Assembly (NCBI GenBank): GCA_964016885.1
Contig: OZ024753.1
Coordinates: forward strand, 4,278,001 to 4,342,000
From: Eledone cirrhosa
Taxonomy: Eukaryota
Length of the DNA stretch: 64,000 bases
Direction of reading: 5' to 3'
In this document: piece by piece, positions 60,482 through 64,000 of the stretch
How the letters are laid out: the number at the start of each line of letters is the position of its first letter
Numbering within the stretch: position 1 is the stretch's first letter
Position numbers and translations under genes: made by a program
The notes under the pieces: model-generated
Database searches by the model: none
The model's input: only the letters and a program-made list of their open reading frames with translations
Told to the model about the DNA's origin: nothing

Positions 60482-60939
60482 CGAATATTCTATGTCTATA
60501 TTCACATATATATCGCTATTTCAGAGCATTTATTCCAATTTCTAATTTCTGCCGGACCGGCAACCGCTCTTTCAAACCAGTTCCTGTACACAGCTAAGTA
60601 TTCTATAAGTCTCTAGCTGTGTCATTCTCGATAAAAGCACTGGATATGTAGTCCTGATGATTTCTAACGAGAATGAAACGCGTAGATTACTTCCCTTGCT
60701 TTTATCGAGAATCTAATTGTAATACGTGACGTATTCTATTCTATAGCGATTAGGTCTTCAAAATGTTTATTATAAACATACAGAATATTTTCGAATATTC
60801 TATGTCTATATTCACATATATATCGCTATTTCAGAGCATTTATTCCAATTTCTAATTTCTGCCGGACCGGCAACCGCTCTTTCAAACCAGTTCCTGTACA
60901 CAGCTAAGTATTCTATAAGTCTCTAGCTGTGTCATTCTC
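60475..60939 (+). mobile_element. 1.5-mer tandem repeat (310-bp period) with hammerhead: retrozyme/pLTR-like
   Basis: 60475-60629 is identical to 60785-60939; the hammerhead lies in the intervening half. Confidence 0.75.
60648..60690 (+). ncRNA. Minimal type I hammerhead ribozyme
   Basis: GTAGTC-CTGATGA-T-TTCT.AACG.AGAA-T-GAAA-CGCG-TA-GATTAC; predicted cleavage after GUA (60684); outer perfect 16-bp stem 60624-60639/60697-60712. Confidence 0.82.
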
Positions 60940-62602
60940 ATTTCATTTCTGCTCACTATCACGTATATGATATTGATACATCACATCTGAAAATTGTCAT
61001 GTATATTATCAACACTTACATTCAAATAAAAAAACAAAAATGGAATAACATGGTAATAGACATACACATTTGTCTGCGACTAAGATCCTGCAAAACATTG
61101 CCTTTCCGGAATCTCCCATAGTGAACATGTGTGTTTGCTAATTATATTTTTTGAGTGAGTGAGTATACGCACATGAGATACAAACAGTTGGTTTAATTCC
61201 ATGTACAGAATAGATTTTTGTGTTCATCAGATGGCGCCATTCTCATGATTTCATCTATTTATGATGAACATTTTACTATATATAAACATAACCACACGCA
61301 CATGAGCTGCAGATATAATAACATACACACCTAGATACGATTTTTGTAAAGAGTGTAAATACGTAAGAGAGTGATGCGTCTTAACGGAAACCATGAAATA
61401 ATTTGAATATAATAATAGCACAGGTGTTTTATGTGAGAGGGTTGTGTCATTCTCACTGATAAAGGCCCTGGCTGGAGTCACGTTGATATGAGGTGGATTG
61501 GTTACTCCTATTTCCTAGCATATCTGACTCTAGCATATCTAATTAGTTTGCATTTCCTAGCATATTTAATTAGTTTGTGAATTAGTGAGGCAGAATGCAT
61601 CGTAGGAAAGCATTATCCAATAAATAGGTAGCCGCAAGTATAGTATTGACAGGTCAAATACCACACCAGAAAGAAAGAAAAATAATGATAATATTTATAA
61701 TAGTAATATCAATAGCAATATTAATAACAATAATAATATGACCAACATATAAGCACAGGTAAGACAATTATATGATATCTAGGAATTAACAAACCAGACA
61801 GAGTCCAACAAATATACATTAAATAATCTATTAAGAAGGAAAATCATACACGCATTAGATTAATACTTAAAGTTATTAAATGCAAAATATCAAACGTAAT
61901 AGGCACTTAACGTCTAGACTTGCCGGTAATATTTTACAATTATTAGATTCGGAATTCAACGTTAGGTGAATTACCAATACTACACATAAACAGACTTAGA
62001 AGAATCGCATTTTTTCCGATTTAGATACTATCATAAAATATATACTATATGACTAGGAATATATCTAGGAAAGGATGAAAGGAAATTGATACAATATGTT
62101 TACACAACTGTTTACATTTCAAAGGCGAAAATGCGTATGAAAAGAGGCTCGGTAGACGGTGACGGATGTGAAAAATAATAAAATGATAGGTAAAAAACAA
62201 AGCGACCTCTATATGTTCAGTACATGATTTAACTGAAAGATAATGACACGGATAAATAGAATTTCCCGATAAAAATCCAAAGTTTCCCTGTTAGGAACTG
62301 TTAAAATCACGTAATATTGAATAATATTAAATATAAGCAGTGTGTATTCTGAGATATGAAAGTAGTAGACATTTATAAGGTAACTCCCAGATGCCTTTTA
62401 CAAGTATTTCTTTTTATATTGCATGAAATTGAACGATAGCAGGTGGATGACGTAACAGTTTCACATTGTTTATTACTTCTCTCTCTAACCCTATTCCCGC
62501 GCTCTCTCTCTCACTATATAGTATTATTATTATTTATTCATACATCACAACAGACCTATCAACGCGTCTAGAATATCGCATTATATATATATATATATAT
62601 AT

Positions 62603-62800
62603 ACGTAGGTCCCGGGTTGAGTCGGGGATAACCACAGTAAGTAAGGTACTCAATACATGGCAGAGTAAAATTTTTTTATATTTTATAGAAGGAGCTTCTA
62701 CAGGACTAGTACTGTTTCATTCAGATGAAATCTTCAGGAAGAGCTTCCTGAAGATTTCATCTGAATGAAACAGTACTAGTTCTGTAGAAGCTCCTTCTAT

Positions 62801-62808
<8 letters not shown>
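62603..62808. mobile_element. Fold-back family F: 132-bp palindrome of hammerhead cores
   Basis: 62677-62808 is a palindrome with 1 mismatch and a 2-nt centre; each arm reads CTGAAGA-T-TTCA.TC.TGAA-T-GAAACAGTA. Confidence 0.75.
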
Positions 62809-62852
<44 letters not shown>

Positions 62853-62856
<4 letters not shown>

Positions 62857-63268
62857 GATAAATATACAAGGGTGTGTATGATTGTGTATAGAAGATTATA
62901 TTAATAAAAGAAATTCCAACTTTGTCCGATTTGCTCGTTTTATTTACAATCCTTTAAAATTTATAATGGTATTATAATGAAATAGTATGATAGAATATTA
63001 AATGTTAAGTGTTAATTGAACAAGTACTTTCATGCTTTCGCAATCTTCAGGTTCATAATGTGTGGTGACAGTCAAGTTTACAATTTTCAACACAGTTGAA
63101 GATTGCGAAAGCATAAAAGTTGAAGATTGCGAAAGCATGAAAGTACTTGTTCAATTAACACTTAACATTTAATATTCTATCATACTATTTCATTATAATA
63201 CCATTATAAATTTTAAAGGATTGTAAATAAAACGAGCAAGTCAGACAAAGTTGGAATTCCTTTTATTA

Positions 63269-63273
<5 letters not shown>
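62853..63273. mobile_element. Fold-back family G
   Basis: About 153-bp inverted arms 62897-63049 and 63121-63273; TA-flanked. Confidence 0.75.
63017..63055 (-). ncRNA. Minimal type I hammerhead ribozyme
   Basis: TGAAC-CTGAAGA-T-TGC.GAAA.GCA-T-GAAA-GTAC-TT-GTTCA. Confidence 0.78.
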
Positions 63274-63299
<26 letters not shown>

Positions 63300-63341
63300 T
63301 TGCAAGGTTTTTGATATGAAATCGTGTGTCGAAACAAATAT

Positions 63342-63500
63342 TGTTATACTTGGGGAGGATCATATTGTAATAATATTGACAGAACACACTCACTGTCTGG
63401 TTTGTTTTCACTTCTGTACCTTTTATATCTCCATAGTTAATTTATTTGGCAATCAATGTTTATCATTGAGTGACCAACGGTTTAACAAACAGCTATAACT

Positions 63501-63537
<37 letters not shown>

Positions 63538-63950
63538 GTCTAACAAAGTTCTTTCGTTGCACATCTGCAACATATCAGTGGTACCATTATCATGTTCCTT
63601 CCTATTGTATTGTATTTTATTTATTTACTTATTTATTTTTGTTAACGTGCGTTTTAAATAAATAAATAAATAAACATGGCGTAAACATTACAATACAAGA
63701 GGAGGAAACATAATAATAGTACCACTGATGATGATGCAGATGTGCAACGAAAGAATTTTGTTAGAGTATATATACATATTTATATATGTAGTTTAACCGT
63801 TGGTCAGTCAATGTTAAACATTGATTGCCAAATAAATTAACTATGGAGATATAAAAGATACAGAAGCAAAAACCAATCAAACAGTGAGTGTGTTCTGTTA
63901 TTATTTCTGGCAATATTATTGCAACAATATGACCCTCCCCAAGTATAACA
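63342..63950. mobile_element. Fold-back family H (older, diverged arms)
   Basis: Inverted arms about 63342-63613 and 63688-63950; CTGATGA...TGCA.GATG.TGCA..CGAAA at 63725-63752. Confidence 0.7.
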
Positions 63951-64000
63951 GTATATATATATATATATATATATAGTGAGGGAGATAGTAAAGAGAGGGA

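Overview
Eukaryotic, very AT-rich, repeat-dominated genomic DNA with one 200-N assembly gap. The SINE and LINE remnants resemble those I recall from octopod cephalopods; this is an inference, not a database result. I found no host protein-coding gene. Almost all long ORFs in the track are translations of kilobase-scale (TA)n-derived microsatellites. The window contains: 7 copies of a tRNA-derived SINE plus older relatives; 6 copies or pieces of a ~600-bp non-autonomous RTE-derived element; decayed RTE, CR1 and R4/Dong-type LINE fragments; a Helentron/DINE-like element; and mariner-like MITE remnants. It also holds about a dozen unrelated short fold-back or tandem inserts sitting in (TA)n tracts. 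Several of these carry readable type I hammerhead ribozyme cores, including intact minimal ones at 60648-60690 (+), 63017-63055 (-) and 60226-60283 (-). The best candidate for an undescribed system is this community of TA-associated, hammerhead-bearing Penelope-like or retrozyme-like elements. It includes a 310-bp 1.5-mer tandem unit, a recurrent U-U pair at the base of stem II, and a shared 3'-end motif.
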